Assembly: GCA_964592525.1 (NCBI GenBank)
Contig: CAZQFB010000001.1
Span: 279,299 to 343,298 of the forward strand
From: an uncultured Candidatus Saccharibacteria bacterium
GTDB taxonomy: Bacteria; Patescibacteriota; WWE3; CAZQFB01
Reading direction: 5' to 3'
Length of the DNA stretch: 64,000 bases
Shown: in pieces, positions 48,266 to 58,232 of the stretch
Numbering within the stretch: the stretch's first letter is position 1
How the letters are laid out: every line of letters begins with the position of its first letter
Program-made: the position numbers and the translations under genes
The notes under the pieces: model-generated
What the model saw: only the letters and a program-made list of their open reading frames with translations
What the model was told of the DNA's origin: nothing
The model's database searches: none

Positions 48266-50803
48266 CTAATCGTGATCTTTAACCCAGCGGATGGCTTCAT
48301 TGGGGTCTAAAATATAAGTCCACCAATCCCTTGTAAAATCGGTTGCTCTGCCGTTGGTGAGGTAAATATTAGCAGTACCACTTTGGCTAGGTAGAGATCC
48401 CAACCAGAAGAGCTGCCAGCCTTCATCGCTGCAACCCCAAGCAGTGCAATTAATTGGTGTCGCTTTGCCAGTGTAATTGGGAAACTCTTGCCATTTCTGG
48501 CAAGCGCTTGGTCTGGTGGTATCGTTGTTGTAATTATAATGTGTTACAGCATTATGCGGAAAATGAACATTACCGCAGTATTCAGAGGTGGGTGGGTTGT
48601 TAGCATTCTTGGGTTCATAGTAGCGGTCAATGACGGCAAAATCTAACCAATGGCGTTGTATTTCCGAACCTTTCCAGTAAGCAGTAAAATAGTTTATGAC
48701 TGATTCTACTCGGTGTCCGTACATATGTAGACTAGCATCGGGTCGCCAGGTAGTACCCATCACGATTATTTGTTTTTGACATTCTGGCACGATAAAGGTA
48801 GGACCATTTACCCAAAATCCGGTAGTAGGACCAACCATAAAACTTTCATAGGCTAAAACGTAATCTGGACTTAACATCCAGATTTCATCAGCGTTTACTT
48901 TGGCAGCTTCTTCACAGATACTGCTCTCTTGGAAAAATTTAACATAATCAACTTTCCATTTGTTCTCTTCACACCAATCGGGCACTGGATTGCCGGTGAG
49001 GGGATTCAAACAAGGTAAAAATCCATTACTACTATAGCGAGGTCCGCTTTTCATGGGTGGGAAGGTGGTGATATTTTGATAACCAGCTATTTGGTAATTA
49101 ACTACACCTTCAGTAGCTTTATTTAAGGCATCGGCTTTAGTTTTAGCCGAATTTACGGCAGCTTGATGCAAACTGACTCCGTTAGCTAGAGTTGATAGGT
49201 ACTCGCTGTAAATAGTACCGCTATCCAATGGAGGATCTACGGTGACCAAAAGCAGGTTGACGGTGTGCTGATTTTCTGGCGTACCAACATCGGGAAGAGC
49301 TGTATTGGGAGGAGGGTTGTCTGGTTTTTCCACAATAGGGGGTGGGTTATAGGTGGGGATTTGGTCCAAACCGAGGAGATCCAGTCTAGCAGCACCGCCG
49401 GTTTGGCCGTAATCTACCTTGAGGTTATAGGTACCACTGCTTGGTAGCTTAAGGGTTACTTTATGGCTACCATAGCCTAGTTTAGAGGTGACGGCGAGGT
49501 CATTTAACCAGATTTGTGCCCAGTCATCCACGAACAGGGTAAGGTTGTAGGTGCCTTGGGTGAGAGCTAGGGAGTTAGTAAAGAGAGCAGAGAACCTTTG
49601 CCTGTCAACGTCTGTGGGGTAGGGGGTTTCATTCCCAAATCTAAGTTTGAGGTCTCGGTTAGTATCACTGAACCCGTCGTTGTAATCAGCTATGGTTGAG
49701 CTAAGATTGCCGGTAGCGTTGTAAAACTTAGCTTCCCACTTGGCAGTGGGAGCAACCGCTGGTTTTTCCACAATAGGTGGTGGGTTATAGGTGGGGATTT
49801 GGTCCAAACCGAGCAGGTCCAGTCTAGCAGCACCGCCGGTTTGGCCGTAATCTACCTTGAGGTTATAGGTACCACTGCTTGGTAGCTTAAGGGTTACTTT
49901 ATGGCTACCATAGCCTAGTTTAGAGGTGACGGCGAGGTCATTTAACCAGATTTGTGCCCAGTCATCCACGAACAGGGTAAGGTTGTAGGTGCCTTGGGTG
50001 AGAGCTAGGGAGTTAGTAAAGAGAGCAGAGAACCTTTGCCTGTCAACGTCTGTGGGGTAGGGGGTTTCATTCCCAAATCTAAGTTTGAGGTCTCGGTTAG
50101 TATCACTGAACCCGTCGTTGTAATCAGCTATGGTTGAGCTAAGATTGCCGGTAGCGTTGTAAAACTTAGCTTCCCACTTGGCAGTGGGAGCAACCGCTGG
50201 TTTTTCCACAATAGGTGGTGGACTGGTTTCCTGCGCTGGTGGGGGAGAAAGTAATATGCTATCTAGTCCCAACAATTTCAGCTGTGGTTGTCCGCCTATT
50301 CGGAGGTAGTTTATAGCTAGGGAATATTCCCCAGTTTGGGGTATGTTTAAAGTTACATCTTGCCAAGATTTTTTCAGGTACTGATCATTAATTAACTTGT
50401 CATTTAGGTACAAGCCGGCTGAATCATCGGCGTACATTTTGAGCAAATAAGTGCCTTGGGGTAGTGTCAGTTTAGTGTTAAAAGTTACCTTGAAGTTGAT
50501 GTATTTTAATCCTATAGGATAAGACACTCGTTTGCCCCAAGTAATGTCTAAATCATTGATCGTTTCGTCATTGCTATCGTAAATATTTTTGGTGGAAACG
50601 CCGGCGTATTTTCCATTAGCGAGATAATAAGTAGCTTGCCAGGGGCTAGGCAACGATTTAGCACTGGAGAAGTAATTTTGTCTGACTTTGTTGCTACCGA
50701 CAGTTACAACTAAAGCAAGCAGTAGCAATAAATATTTTGTGTTTTGGGTAAATTTTATGTATTTAAAATATTTTTTATATTTACGGACAGCTTTATACAC
50801 CAT
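48266..50803 (-). CDS. Surface protein with three PA14-like domains and a Cys-rich C-terminal domain
   Basis: Repeated (A/V)DD.A..(Y/W)LND and Y.Q.GG.A.L patterns; N-terminal TM. Confidence 0.75.
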   Translation of the reverse strand: MVYKAVRKYKKYFKYIKFTQNTKYLLLLLALVVTVGSNKVRQNYFSSAKSLPSPWQATYYLANGKYAGVSTKNIYDSNDETINDLDITWGKRVSYPIGLKYINFKVTFNTKLTLPQGTYLLKMYADDSAGLYLNDKLINDQYLKKSWQDVTLNIPQTGEYSLAINYLRIGGQPQLKLLGLDSILLSPPPAQETSPPPIVEKPAVAPTAKWEAKFYNATGNLSSTIADYNDGFSDTNRDLKLRFGNETPYPTDVDRQRFSALFTNSLALTQGTYNLTLFVDDWAQIWLNDLAVTSKLGYGSHKVTLKLPSSGTYNLKVDYGQTGGAARLDLLGLDQIPTYNPPPIVEKPAVAPTAKWEAKFYNATGNLSSTIADYNDGFSDTNRDLKLRFGNETPYPTDVDRQRFSALFTNSLALTQGTYNLTLFVDDWAQIWLNDLAVTSKLGYGSHKVTLKLPSSGTYNLKVDYGQTGGAARLDLLGLDQIPTYNPPPIVEKPDNPPPNTALPDVGTPENQHTVNLLLVTVDPPLDSGTIYSEYLSTLANGVSLHQAAVNSAKTKADALNKATEGVVNYQIAGYQNITTFPPMKSGPRYSSNGFLPCLNPLTGNPVPDWCEENKWKVDYVKFFQESSICEEAAKVNADEIWMLSPDYVLAYESFMVGPTTGFWVNGPTFIVPECQKQIIVMGTTWRPDASLHMYGHRVESVINYFTAYWKGSEIQRHWLDFAVIDRYYEPKNANNPPTSEYCGNVHFPHNAVTHYNYNNDTTRPSACQKWQEFPNYTGKATPINCTAWGCSDEGWQLFWLGSLPSQSGTANIYLTNGRATDFTRDWWTYILDPNEAIRWVKDHD
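49321..50220. repeat. Near-identical 438-bp tandem duplication (about 2.05 units) inside the PA14 gene
   Basis: CTGGTTTTTCCACAATAGG recurs at 49321, 49759 and 50197; only a few mismatches seen. Confidence 0.92.
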
Positions 50804-50965
50804 TTAATGATAGCAACTATACGTTGAGATTAAAAGAGATCTAAACCAGATCAAAAAAAGGCAAAACAGAGCTGCCCTTAAAGGACGGTCCTTTGTAGCC
50901 TTACGCTGATACTGTTCTTATGTTACTTTCTTCCGTAAGTGGGGGTGTATGGACCCTTAGTGATT

Positions 50966-51427
50966 TTAGCCTCTTTTATCTACTAAGCCTCCAGAGTACC
51001 AGGCTTGATAGATTTCATCGCTTTCATCAAATATTTTTTCTGTTCCTTGAAAGGATCTGACATCTCCTTGCCAACTGTTTTTGTATGTTAAGTTTTTCTC
51101 TTGGTATTGCTTAGGTCCCCTGAAAGGAGCCTCTTTTGGTATTTCTTTAAGAGCTGACTTTAGGAAGCTATAGACTTGCTCTAGATTGTTAAAAGATTCA
51201 TGCACAAAACCATAATAAACCATTATCCAAACAGGCTTATTCTTATGAAAAACCACAACATGGCCCCCGTATGGTTCTCCGCCAAAGAAGTTGTCTCTCA
51301 ACCTCCAATCACCATCCGTGGAATCTAGGGTAGTTGAACCATCTTTTTCTTTAATTTCCTCTGCTTCGTTGACATATCCCTGGTTGTTATGTTTGGCGAG
51401 GAATGCAGTGAGTAACGGAGTATTCAT
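50966..51427 (-). CDS. DUF5680-like protein
   Basis: DNFFGGEPYGG, PVWIMVYYG, PFRGP and YSGG motifs. Confidence 0.75.
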   Translation of the reverse strand: MNTPLLTAFLAKHNNQGYVNEAEEIKEKDGSTTLDSTDGDWRLRDNFFGGEPYGGHVVVFHKNKPVWIMVYYGFVHESFNNLEQVYSFLKSALKEIPKEAPFRGPKQYQEKNLTYKNSWQGDVRSFQGTEKIFDESDEIYQAWYSGGLVDKRG

Positions 51428-51462
51428 GTTGGGACTATAACCTAAAAGGCATGTAGCCTGAT

Positions 51463-51714
51463 TTATTTGGATTGATGGGATTCCAGTTTGAGAAGTCTTT
51501 CTTCAAGTTGATCACAGCGGTTTCTGGGCATGGTGACATCCTGATTAAGGGTTTGGTGAAGGGTAATAAAGCCATCAATGTGAGTTAGTAGCTTATCGAC
51601 ATCCTCATTATGTTTTTCTAAAAGAACAATTTCTTCTCTTGAAGGTTTTTGTGCTAATTGATGCTCTAACAATTCAAGCTTAGATATTATTTGGTCAAGT
51701 TTCTTATCACTCAT
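51463..51714 (-). CDS. Hypothetical coiled-coil protein
   Basis: 83-aa ORF with heptad Leu pattern. Confidence 0.55.
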   Translation of the reverse strand: MSDKKLDQIISKLELLEHQLAQKPSREEIVLLEKHNEDVDKLLTHIDGFITLHQTLNQDVTMPRNRCDQLEERLLKLESHQSK

Positions 51715-51999
51715 TGTATGGGTAAATGTAGCAGAGATAACTTATCCTCGCAACAACCCTTTAATAGCAGGGGTTTACAAGGACCGTACTTTGTACCACT
51801 CAAGTGGTCACGATTTTATTTTAGCATAGGACTTGTGTTGGGCTTGCTTCAAAAAAAGCATGAACAAAGAGGGTGTCTTTAAATTTGATTGTAACGTCAT
51901 ATTTTATATGGTCTAGATAGACAAAAGCGGTAGTGGCTCATGTTGTATTAAAAAATTATAAATGTATCGCTGCCCGGCATTTGCTATATTGTATTTATC

Positions 52000-53517
52000 A
52001 TGGAAAAGCACTTACAAAACCAACAGAAAATTATGTCAGCGTCGCAGCAAGATCGTTCAATTTTAAGTAGCCAAATAAAGTGGGGTGTATTAATTCTAGT
52101 TACAGCAATTTGTCTTAGTTATCTTACTGCCTTAGTTAATAAAGTCTCACCACTTAGCACTATTATGATGGGAGAACATCCGGAAAACTTGGGTTTGGCT
52201 GTCATGATAATATATCTCGTTTCATATTTTAGCCATTATGTAATACTTCTGGGCATTGTGTCTGCTCTTGTTTACTTTATTACTAGGCGGCTTCGGACCA
52301 TGCTAACTTTTGGTTTGCTCGTAATAGTATCTAGTTTGGCTATCACAACGGTGACGAGTTTTATTTATGAGTTGAGAACAGAGAACGACTATTACGCTTA
52401 TAAAAATGAGACCCAAAAGCTTGATAATATTGAGCTTAAGGTTACGGAAGGACTTGTTAATATTATACCTTCTCCCAACCAAGACAGGCCAAATCCTTCT
52501 GTTGAATTATCGTTTCGCGTTGATGTTTCTGGTATTTCCACGCCATTACAGATAATAAACCCTTTTAAATCACCTAAGCTTGTTGCCACTCATAAAACTT
52601 TGCACATACCATTCTGTTTTGATATTTCTATGCCTGTTATCGGTCAAGAGAAAGCGCATTATCTTGATCTCCCCGAAGACACACAAGAGTATTTACTTAA
52701 GGCAGGTACTAACTATTTTTCATATACCATAGACTTAAACAATGAGGAAAACGAGTCATTATTTAGCGATTACGTTTCTGGTCCCATAACTAGGGTGGGA
52801 TTTTTACCTTCATTTGCTTCCTATTTGCCAAATAACAGGCTTTCAAGCAATATTCCTCTTAATAATGTAGCCTACAAGGGAGATCTTCTGGAAGATTCTG
52901 TCTGTAACTCAATTACAACATGGAAGGATGGTGCCTATTGGAGTGCTGTTCAACCAGCTATGATAGAAGAAGATTTATTTGATGTGGGTAGTGGGGCTCC
53001 TAGCATTACTGCCCCGGCACCTGAAAATATAGTTAGCGATCAGGTTCAGGCTCAACCAGAAACCATTGGGGGAACAAGGTTTCAAGATTTAGGCTTTACT
53101 GTTAATGTTCCCGCCAACATGGTTACTAAGAAAATTAATAGTAACCAAGGAATCATCGGGGGAACTAGTATTTATTATGATTATAATGATGATGTCGTTC
53201 GACCACAGCAATCAGAAGTATACGTTTATCTCTATAATGATGATACTATCGATAACTGGTTACGAAAATACACTACCACAGAGGAGATAGATATCGCTCG
53301 CAACCCCCAATATTTTTTCCATGCTGTTAAAAAATTGGATTCAGTAATTATTGATCAGGTTAACGCTACGACTTTTTCTGCCTTAGATTATGGTGCTCCC
53401 TCGCAAAATGCTGTATTTAGAGCTAACGGTTATATTTATGTTATCGGCTGGGTTCTGTTTGATAACGATTTAAGTCAGGAGTATCAGGAAATAATAAATA
53501 CCTTTAGGCTTGATTAA
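52000..53517 (+). CDS. Hypothetical membrane protein (3 TM + extracellular region, PsbP-like C-terminus)
   Basis: GFTVNVP...YQEIINTFRL pattern at the C-terminus. Confidence 0.62.
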   Translation: MEKHLQNQQKIMSASQQDRSILSSQIKWGVLILVTAICLSYLTALVNKVSPLSTIMMGEHPENLGLAVMIIYLVSYFSHYVILLGIVSALVYFITRRLRTMLTFGLLVIVSSLAITTVTSFIYELRTENDYYAYKNETQKLDNIELKVTEGLVNIIPSPNQDRPNPSVELSFRVDVSGISTPLQIINPFKSPKLVATHKTLHIPFCFDISMPVIGQEKAHYLDLPEDTQEYLLKAGTNYFSYTIDLNNEENESLFSDYVSGPITRVGFLPSFASYLPNNRLSSNIPLNNVAYKGDLLEDSVCNSITTWKDGAYWSAVQPAMIEEDLFDVGSGAPSITAPAPENIVSDQVQAQPETIGGTRFQDLGFTVNVPANMVTKKINSNQGIIGGTSIYYDYNDDVVRPQQSEVYVYLYNDDTIDNWLRKYTTTEEIDIARNPQYFFHAVKKLDSVIIDQVNATTFSALDYGAPSQNAVFRANGYIYVIGWVLFDNDLSQEYQEIINTFRLD

Positions 53518-53596
53518 TTATTTGAGTATTTTCTAACGATTATTTACTCAAATATCTGAACTAAGGGTTCGCTCTACCAACCTACCCTACAAAACA

Positions 53597-53623
53597 CAAA
53601 ACCCCCACTAAAGGGGGATTTTG
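53597..53623. terminator. Terminator hairpin downstream of tRNA-Lys
   Basis: CAAAA-CCCCC/GGGGG-ATTTTG. Confidence 0.55.
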
Positions 53624-53629
53624 ATTTTG

Positions 53630-53701
53630 TACGCCAGGAGGGGATCGAACCCTCGACACCCTGGTTAAAAGCCAGGTGCTCTACCACTGAGCTACTGGCG
53701 C
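53630..53701 (-). tRNA. tRNA-Lys(TTT)
   Basis: GCGCCAG/CTGGCGT acceptor, CCTGG-CTTTTAA-CCAGG anticodon arm, GAGGG-TTCGATC-CCCTC T arm. Confidence 0.95.
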
Positions 53702-53771
53702 ATGATTGTCTAATTTTTTCACACGCTAACTAATTATGGAGGTGATCATAGCTATTATAGTGGCAAGCCAC

Positions 53772-53855
53772 TGTACGCCTAGATCGGCGGATTAATTTGA
53801 CTATACCTCACCTCCTTCGTCGGTTCGCCAAGTCTGCATTGAAAGCTACTGGCGC
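53772..53855 (-). pseudogene. Hollowed-out tRNA-Lys-like remnant upstream of the intact gene
   Basis: Starts GCGCCAGTAGCT (12/12 identical to tRNA-Lys 5' end) and ends GGCGTACA (identical to its 3' end); interior unrelated. Confidence 0.55.
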
Positions 53856-54052
53856 TGGTGGTAAAACGCTGAAATTATATCATAGTCTTTGTTTGCGATA
53901 GTTAGCTGAATTGCACACTAATTAATAGCATTAAGTGCATTAATGTTATTTTGCATACGTAGATATAAATACACCACCAAGTTTATTTAACTTCAGTTGG
54001 GGTGAAAGCCTTTCTCTTGCTTTAAACTGACTTCGTTGGTTAAATAAACAAT

Positions 54053-55093
54053 ATGTTGTCTGCTCAAGAGTATAACCACCTCATCATAATTCCCCTTTAT
54101 ATCGCCGGTATTTTAATTGCTGCCGAGTTGATTCACTTGGGGATGCCTAAATTGATTAAACTATTAGCGAAAAGAACCCCCAATAAATTAGATGATCAGC
54201 TCTTAGCCCAACTGCAAAAACCCTTTTTTTGCACCGTATTTTTATACGGAATGCTTAAATTATTGGAAACACTTGCGCTAGCGCACCGCTTGGATTTTTA
54301 TCTGCGGGAGGGTTTAGTAGCTACCCTAGTCATGCTCTGGTCGGCTGCCCTAGCGGGGATATTAATTGCCATACTGGATGATGTTTTACTACGTAAAGGG
54401 CTTCATGGCATCCACCGACCCCAAGATTTATTGCCTTTTATCTCTGCCGTAATAAGGGTAAGTGTTTTTGGTTTAGCCGTCTTTTATATTTTAGAGCGTT
54501 GGGGGGTCAATATTACGCCCATGCTTGCCTCGGCTGGGGTAGCTGGTCTAGCGGTAGCTCTGGCTGCCCAGGAAACGTTAGCTAATTTTTTTGGGGGTTT
54601 ATCACTCTCCTTCGATCAAGCTTATAAAGTGGGTGATTATGTGGTGGTTGATGATAAGGATAGGGGTGAAGTGCTTAAGATTGGTATGCGCAGCACTCTT
54701 ATCCGTACCAGAGATAATGTTTACCTATCTATTCCCAATTCGGTAATGGCTAATAGTAAGGTGGTTAATGAAACAGGCTCTCGTTCGGATTTGCGGTTGC
54801 GTATTAGGGTGGGCATTTCCTATCAGTCTGATCCTGATCAAGTGGAAAAAGCTTTTTTAGAGGTGGCTCGCTCTCATAATAAGGTTTTAAAAAACCCAGA
54901 ACCGCGGGTTAGATTACGAGAGTTTGCCGATAGTGCTTTAATCTATGAACTGCTAGTTTGGATTCATAACCCAGAAGAAAAGGGTCTTATTACGCATGAA
55001 CTTCAAACAGCCCTGCTGCATTCTTTTAAAAAGAACCGGGTGGTAATAGCATACCCACAAGTGGATGTGCATCTAGCCGAAAACCAGAAATGA
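54053..55093 (+). CDS. mscS: Small-conductance mechanosensitive channel
   Basis: AGLAVALAAQETLANF, YKVGD, IGMRST, IPNS and IAYPQ motifs. Confidence 0.92.
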   Translation: MLSAQEYNHLIIIPLYIAGILIAAELIHLGMPKLIKLLAKRTPNKLDDQLLAQLQKPFFCTVFLYGMLKLLETLALAHRLDFYLREGLVATLVMLWSAALAGILIAILDDVLLRKGLHGIHRPQDLLPFISAVIRVSVFGLAVFYILERWGVNITPMLASAGVAGLAVALAAQETLANFFGGLSLSFDQAYKVGDYVVVDDKDRGEVLKIGMRSTLIRTRDNVYLSIPNSVMANSKVVNETGSRSDLRLRIRVGISYQSDPDQVEKAFLEVARSHNKVLKNPEPRVRLREFADSALIYELLVWIHNPEEKGLITHELQTALLHSFKKNRVVIAYPQVDVHLAENQK

Positions 55094-55416
55094 AAACTCA
55101 AATTGAGAAAGCCTTAAAAAAAGTAATTGATCCTGAATTAGGAGTGAGTGTGCTTGATCTGGGGTTGATTTATGACATTCAGGTGGCTGTGGGTGGTCTG
55201 GTAAACATTAAGATGACCACCACCACACCCATGTGTCCCTTGATTAACCTGCTTGTGCAAGAGGTGGAAGAAGCAGTTCGCTCGGTAGATAATGTCCAAG
55301 AGGTTAAGGTAGAATTGGTTTGGGAACCTGCCTGGAGTCCCGATAAAATGACTAAGGAGGCCAGGCTGCAGCTGGGATTTACTAGTTCTTTAAATAATAA
55401 TCAGGAGACTAAATAA
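55090..55416 (+). CDS. DUF59/SufT metal-sulfur cluster assembly factor
   Basis: VIDPELG...DLGLIY...TTPMCP...WEPAW motifs. Confidence 0.9.
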   Translation: MKTQIEKALKKVIDPELGVSVLDLGLIYDIQVAVGGLVNIKMTTTTPMCPLINLLVQEVEEAVRSVDNVQEVKVELVWEPAWSPDKMTKEARLQLGFTSSLNNNQETK

Positions 55417-55417
55417 G

Positions 55418-56431
55418 ATGAAAATCGCATCCTTTTTAATGTTTGATAAATTTCAAGAAGACTACCTCCAGGAAAAATTACCTGAACACGAACATTTCTT
55501 TTATCAGCAAATGTTAACTGAAAAGAATGTGGCATTAGTTAAAGAGGCGGAAATAATCACTTTATGGGTTTATTCCCAAGTCACGCGTGAGATCATTAAC
55601 CAACTTCCTAACCTTAAATACATCACTATTCGGGGAACTGGTTTTAATCATGTGGATTTAGAGGCAGCTGCCAAAAAAAATATTCTTGTTTCTAATGTGC
55701 CTGAATATGGTAGTGATACGGTGGCGGAATACGCTTTTGCTCATTTGCTTAACCTGACCCGTAAAATATCTTTTACCGATGCCCGGATGGGTCAGGAACC
55801 AGTCTTAAGAACAGAGTTAATGGGGGTTGATCTGAATGGTAAGACCTTGGGGGTTATTGGTGTGGGGCGGATTGGTCAGCATGCGGTTCGGATTGGGCTT
55901 GGTTTTGGGATGAGGGTAGTAGGGTATGACCCCTATCCAAACGAAGAGTTTGCGCAACAAACGGGATTTCAGTATTTGCCCCTAGAAGAAGTGTTAAAAC
56001 AAGCTGATTTTATTACTATTCACGCCCGCTTAACGGATGGTACTTACCACATAATTAATGATGATAATTACTCATACCTGAAAAAGGGAGTGTATATTGT
56101 TAATACCAGTCGGGGTCCGATCTTAAACACGGAAACTATTATTAAGGGTTTGGCGGAAGGTATTATAGCTGGAGCGGGTTTGGATGTTTTTGAGGGGGAT
56201 GAATTTGTGCGTTTTGAGGATGCTTGGTTTGATCCGAGACGAATTGAGCAAGGGGAAGAGCGAGAAGCCGGCTATTTCAGCAAATTGTTGGAATACAACG
56301 TAGTTCTGACTCCGCATAATGCCTATAATACTAAAGAAGCCGTAATTAATATCTTGGATACTACGGTCCAAAACATCACTGCTTTTATCCAGGGAAAGCC
56401 AATAAACTTGGTGCGGTTAGAGAGTAAATAA
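55418..56431 (+). CDS. D-2-hydroxyacid (D-lactate-like) dehydrogenase
   Basis: GVGRIG, NTSRG, LDVFEG and TPHNAY motifs. Confidence 0.9.
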   Translation: MKIASFLMFDKFQEDYLQEKLPEHEHFFYQQMLTEKNVALVKEAEIITLWVYSQVTREIINQLPNLKYITIRGTGFNHVDLEAAAKKNILVSNVPEYGSDTVAEYAFAHLLNLTRKISFTDARMGQEPVLRTELMGVDLNGKTLGVIGVGRIGQHAVRIGLGFGMRVVGYDPYPNEEFAQQTGFQYLPLEEVLKQADFITIHARLTDGTYHIINDDNYSYLKKGVYIVNTSRGPILNTETIIKGLAEGIIAGAGLDVFEGDEFVRFEDAWFDPRRIEQGEEREAGYFSKLLEYNVVLTPHNAYNTKEAVINILDTTVQNITAFIQGKPINLVRLESK

Positions 56432-56560
56432 AAAGCATTTATCCTTTAATAAGAGATCGGGAGAAGGCACTCGTAAAACAGCTTAAATTGTGTTATGTTA
56501 TGAAAACATTGGCTTAGGATATAGCCTAAAGTTTATTAATTAAGGTTAATAGGAGTAAAA

Positions 56561-57340
56561 ATGGAAGACCGTAAAAACAGTTCTAGCTTAGGAACGCCGA
56601 TTGCCATTGTGGTGGCCGGGTTTATGATTGCCACCGCAGTCTACATTTCCAATTCCCAAACCGGTTTGTTATCTGGGGCAGATAAGCCAGAACAACTGGG
56701 GGAAGTTGCTGGTGTTCAACAAGCAGCCCAACCCAGCGCCCAGCCCAACCCAACTAATAACCCCGCCCAACCGACCGAACCACTATCTTTTAAGGTCAGT
56801 ATTGACGATGATCCGGTTATGGGAGATCCTAACGCTCCGGTGACGTTGATTGAGTTTTCAGATTACCGTTGCCCGTTCTGCTCACGTTTTGATAGTGATA
56901 CTTTAACGCAACTGAAAACTGAATATATTGATACTGGTAAGCTTAAGTTTGTCTACCGTGACTTTTCCATTCATGCCCCACAGTCAGATGATGCTTCAAC
57001 GGCAGGGAATTGTGCGCTGGAGCAAAACAAGTTTTGGGAATATCAGAAAGTCCTTTGGGAAAGATTTGACGCGGGTGATACCTTTGACGCTGCTACTTTG
57101 AAGTCTTACGCAGGTCAGCTGGGGCTAAATCAAGCCACTTTTGATAGTTGTTTTGATGCTGGAAACCAGAAAGCTGAATTTGAGAAGGATTATAATGATG
57201 CTCGTTTGCTTTCAGTGACTGGTACACCAACCTTTTTTGTAGGTAAAACAACTAGTTCAGGTGAGATAGAAGCAACTAAGATAGTTGGCGCGCAACCTTA
57301 CGAAACATTTAAAACGGAAATAGATAAGTTGCTTAAGTAA
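56561..57340 (+). CDS. Membrane-anchored DsbA/BdbD-like thiol-disulfide oxidoreductase
   Basis: EFSDYRCPFC, GTPTFF and GAQPYE motifs. Confidence 0.9.
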   Translation: MEDRKNSSSLGTPIAIVVAGFMIATAVYISNSQTGLLSGADKPEQLGEVAGVQQAAQPSAQPNPTNNPAQPTEPLSFKVSIDDDPVMGDPNAPVTLIEFSDYRCPFCSRFDSDTLTQLKTEYIDTGKLKFVYRDFSIHAPQSDDASTAGNCALEQNKFWEYQKVLWERFDAGDTFDAATLKSYAGQLGLNQATFDSCFDAGNQKAEFEKDYNDARLLSVTGTPTFFVGKTTSSGEIEATKIVGAQPYETFKTEIDKLLK

Positions 57341-57345
57341 CCAGA

Positions 57346-57888
57346 GTGCCTGCCCACAAATGTCATGATCTCAAAAGGTCTTTGCTCTCAAGGAAAGCTT
57401 GGCTTATTAAGGTTGTCTGGCTGGCTAGTTTATTATTGTTGGTTTTAGTTGCCAACTCCTTTTTTTATCATTCCAGCGCTTCTGTAAACAATGATCCTTC
57501 GGGGATGGTGGGGGGATTTGTGCACATTGACGAGCGCTTAACTCTTAAAGTGGACATCGCGGAAAATAAAGCTTCCTGGAATCAAGGTTTATCCGGTCGT
57601 AACAGGTTGCCTAACGGGGAAGGGATGCTATTTATTTTTCCATCCCCCCAGGTAGGGATAGCCTTTTGGATGAAAGAGATGCAATTTCCCATTGATATTA
57701 TCTGGTTAAGAGAACACACCATTGTTGGTATCACACCCCAGGTTCCCGTGCCTCTGCCAGGCACGTCTGATCAAGAGCTAATCAGATATTCACCGGAAGG
57801 GGTGGTAGATATGGTCTTAGAAGTCCCTGCAGGATGGTCTGGCGCCAATAATGTTAAGATCGGGCAGAAAATAAGCTTAAAACGTTAA
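57346..57888 (+). CDS. DUF192 family protein
   Basis: GLSGR, GMLFIF, FWMKEMQFPIDIIW and VLEVPAG motifs. Confidence 0.88.
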   Translation: MPAHKCHDLKRSLLSRKAWLIKVVWLASLLLLVLVANSFFYHSSASVNNDPSGMVGGFVHIDERLTLKVDIAENKASWNQGLSGRNRLPNGEGMLFIFPSPQVGIAFWMKEMQFPIDIIWLREHTIVGITPQVPVPLPGTSDQELIRYSPEGVVDMVLEVPAGWSGANNVKIGQKISLKR

Positions 57889-57935
57889 CTAAAGTTTTGT
57901 GTAATCAGACGGTGCTTCATCGGAAGCCCTTTTGT

Positions 57936-58232
57936 TTATTTTATGATATTGAGCTTGTATTTAAGACCCAACTTGCATAATTTGTATAGCCATGTTTCTG
58001 TCCAACCACATTTACCGCTGTCCTGCGGTGCGCATTTGGCATAGGTTAGGCAACTGTACTCTTCTTGCCACTCACAGGTAGTCACTGCTTCTTCCTCTTG
58101 GCAAAGTTGTCTGCTACAGCCGGTGATTAGACAAGGTGTAACAGGTGGTTCAAAAAGGTATTTATGGTAATAAAAGAAAGCAACACAAGTGAGGATAATT
58201 ATGGTGACAAAGACTACGATTTTATTTGCCAT
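57936..58232 (-). CDS. Small anchored eight-cysteine-cluster domain protein
   Basis: C..GCSRQLC...TTCEW...C..AKC...GKCGW...C. Confidence 0.72.
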   Translation of the reverse strand: MANKIVVFVTIIILTCVAFFYYHKYLFEPPVTPCLITGCSRQLCQEEEAVTTCEWQEEYSCLTYAKCAPQDSGKCGWTETWLYKLCKLGLKYKLNIIK

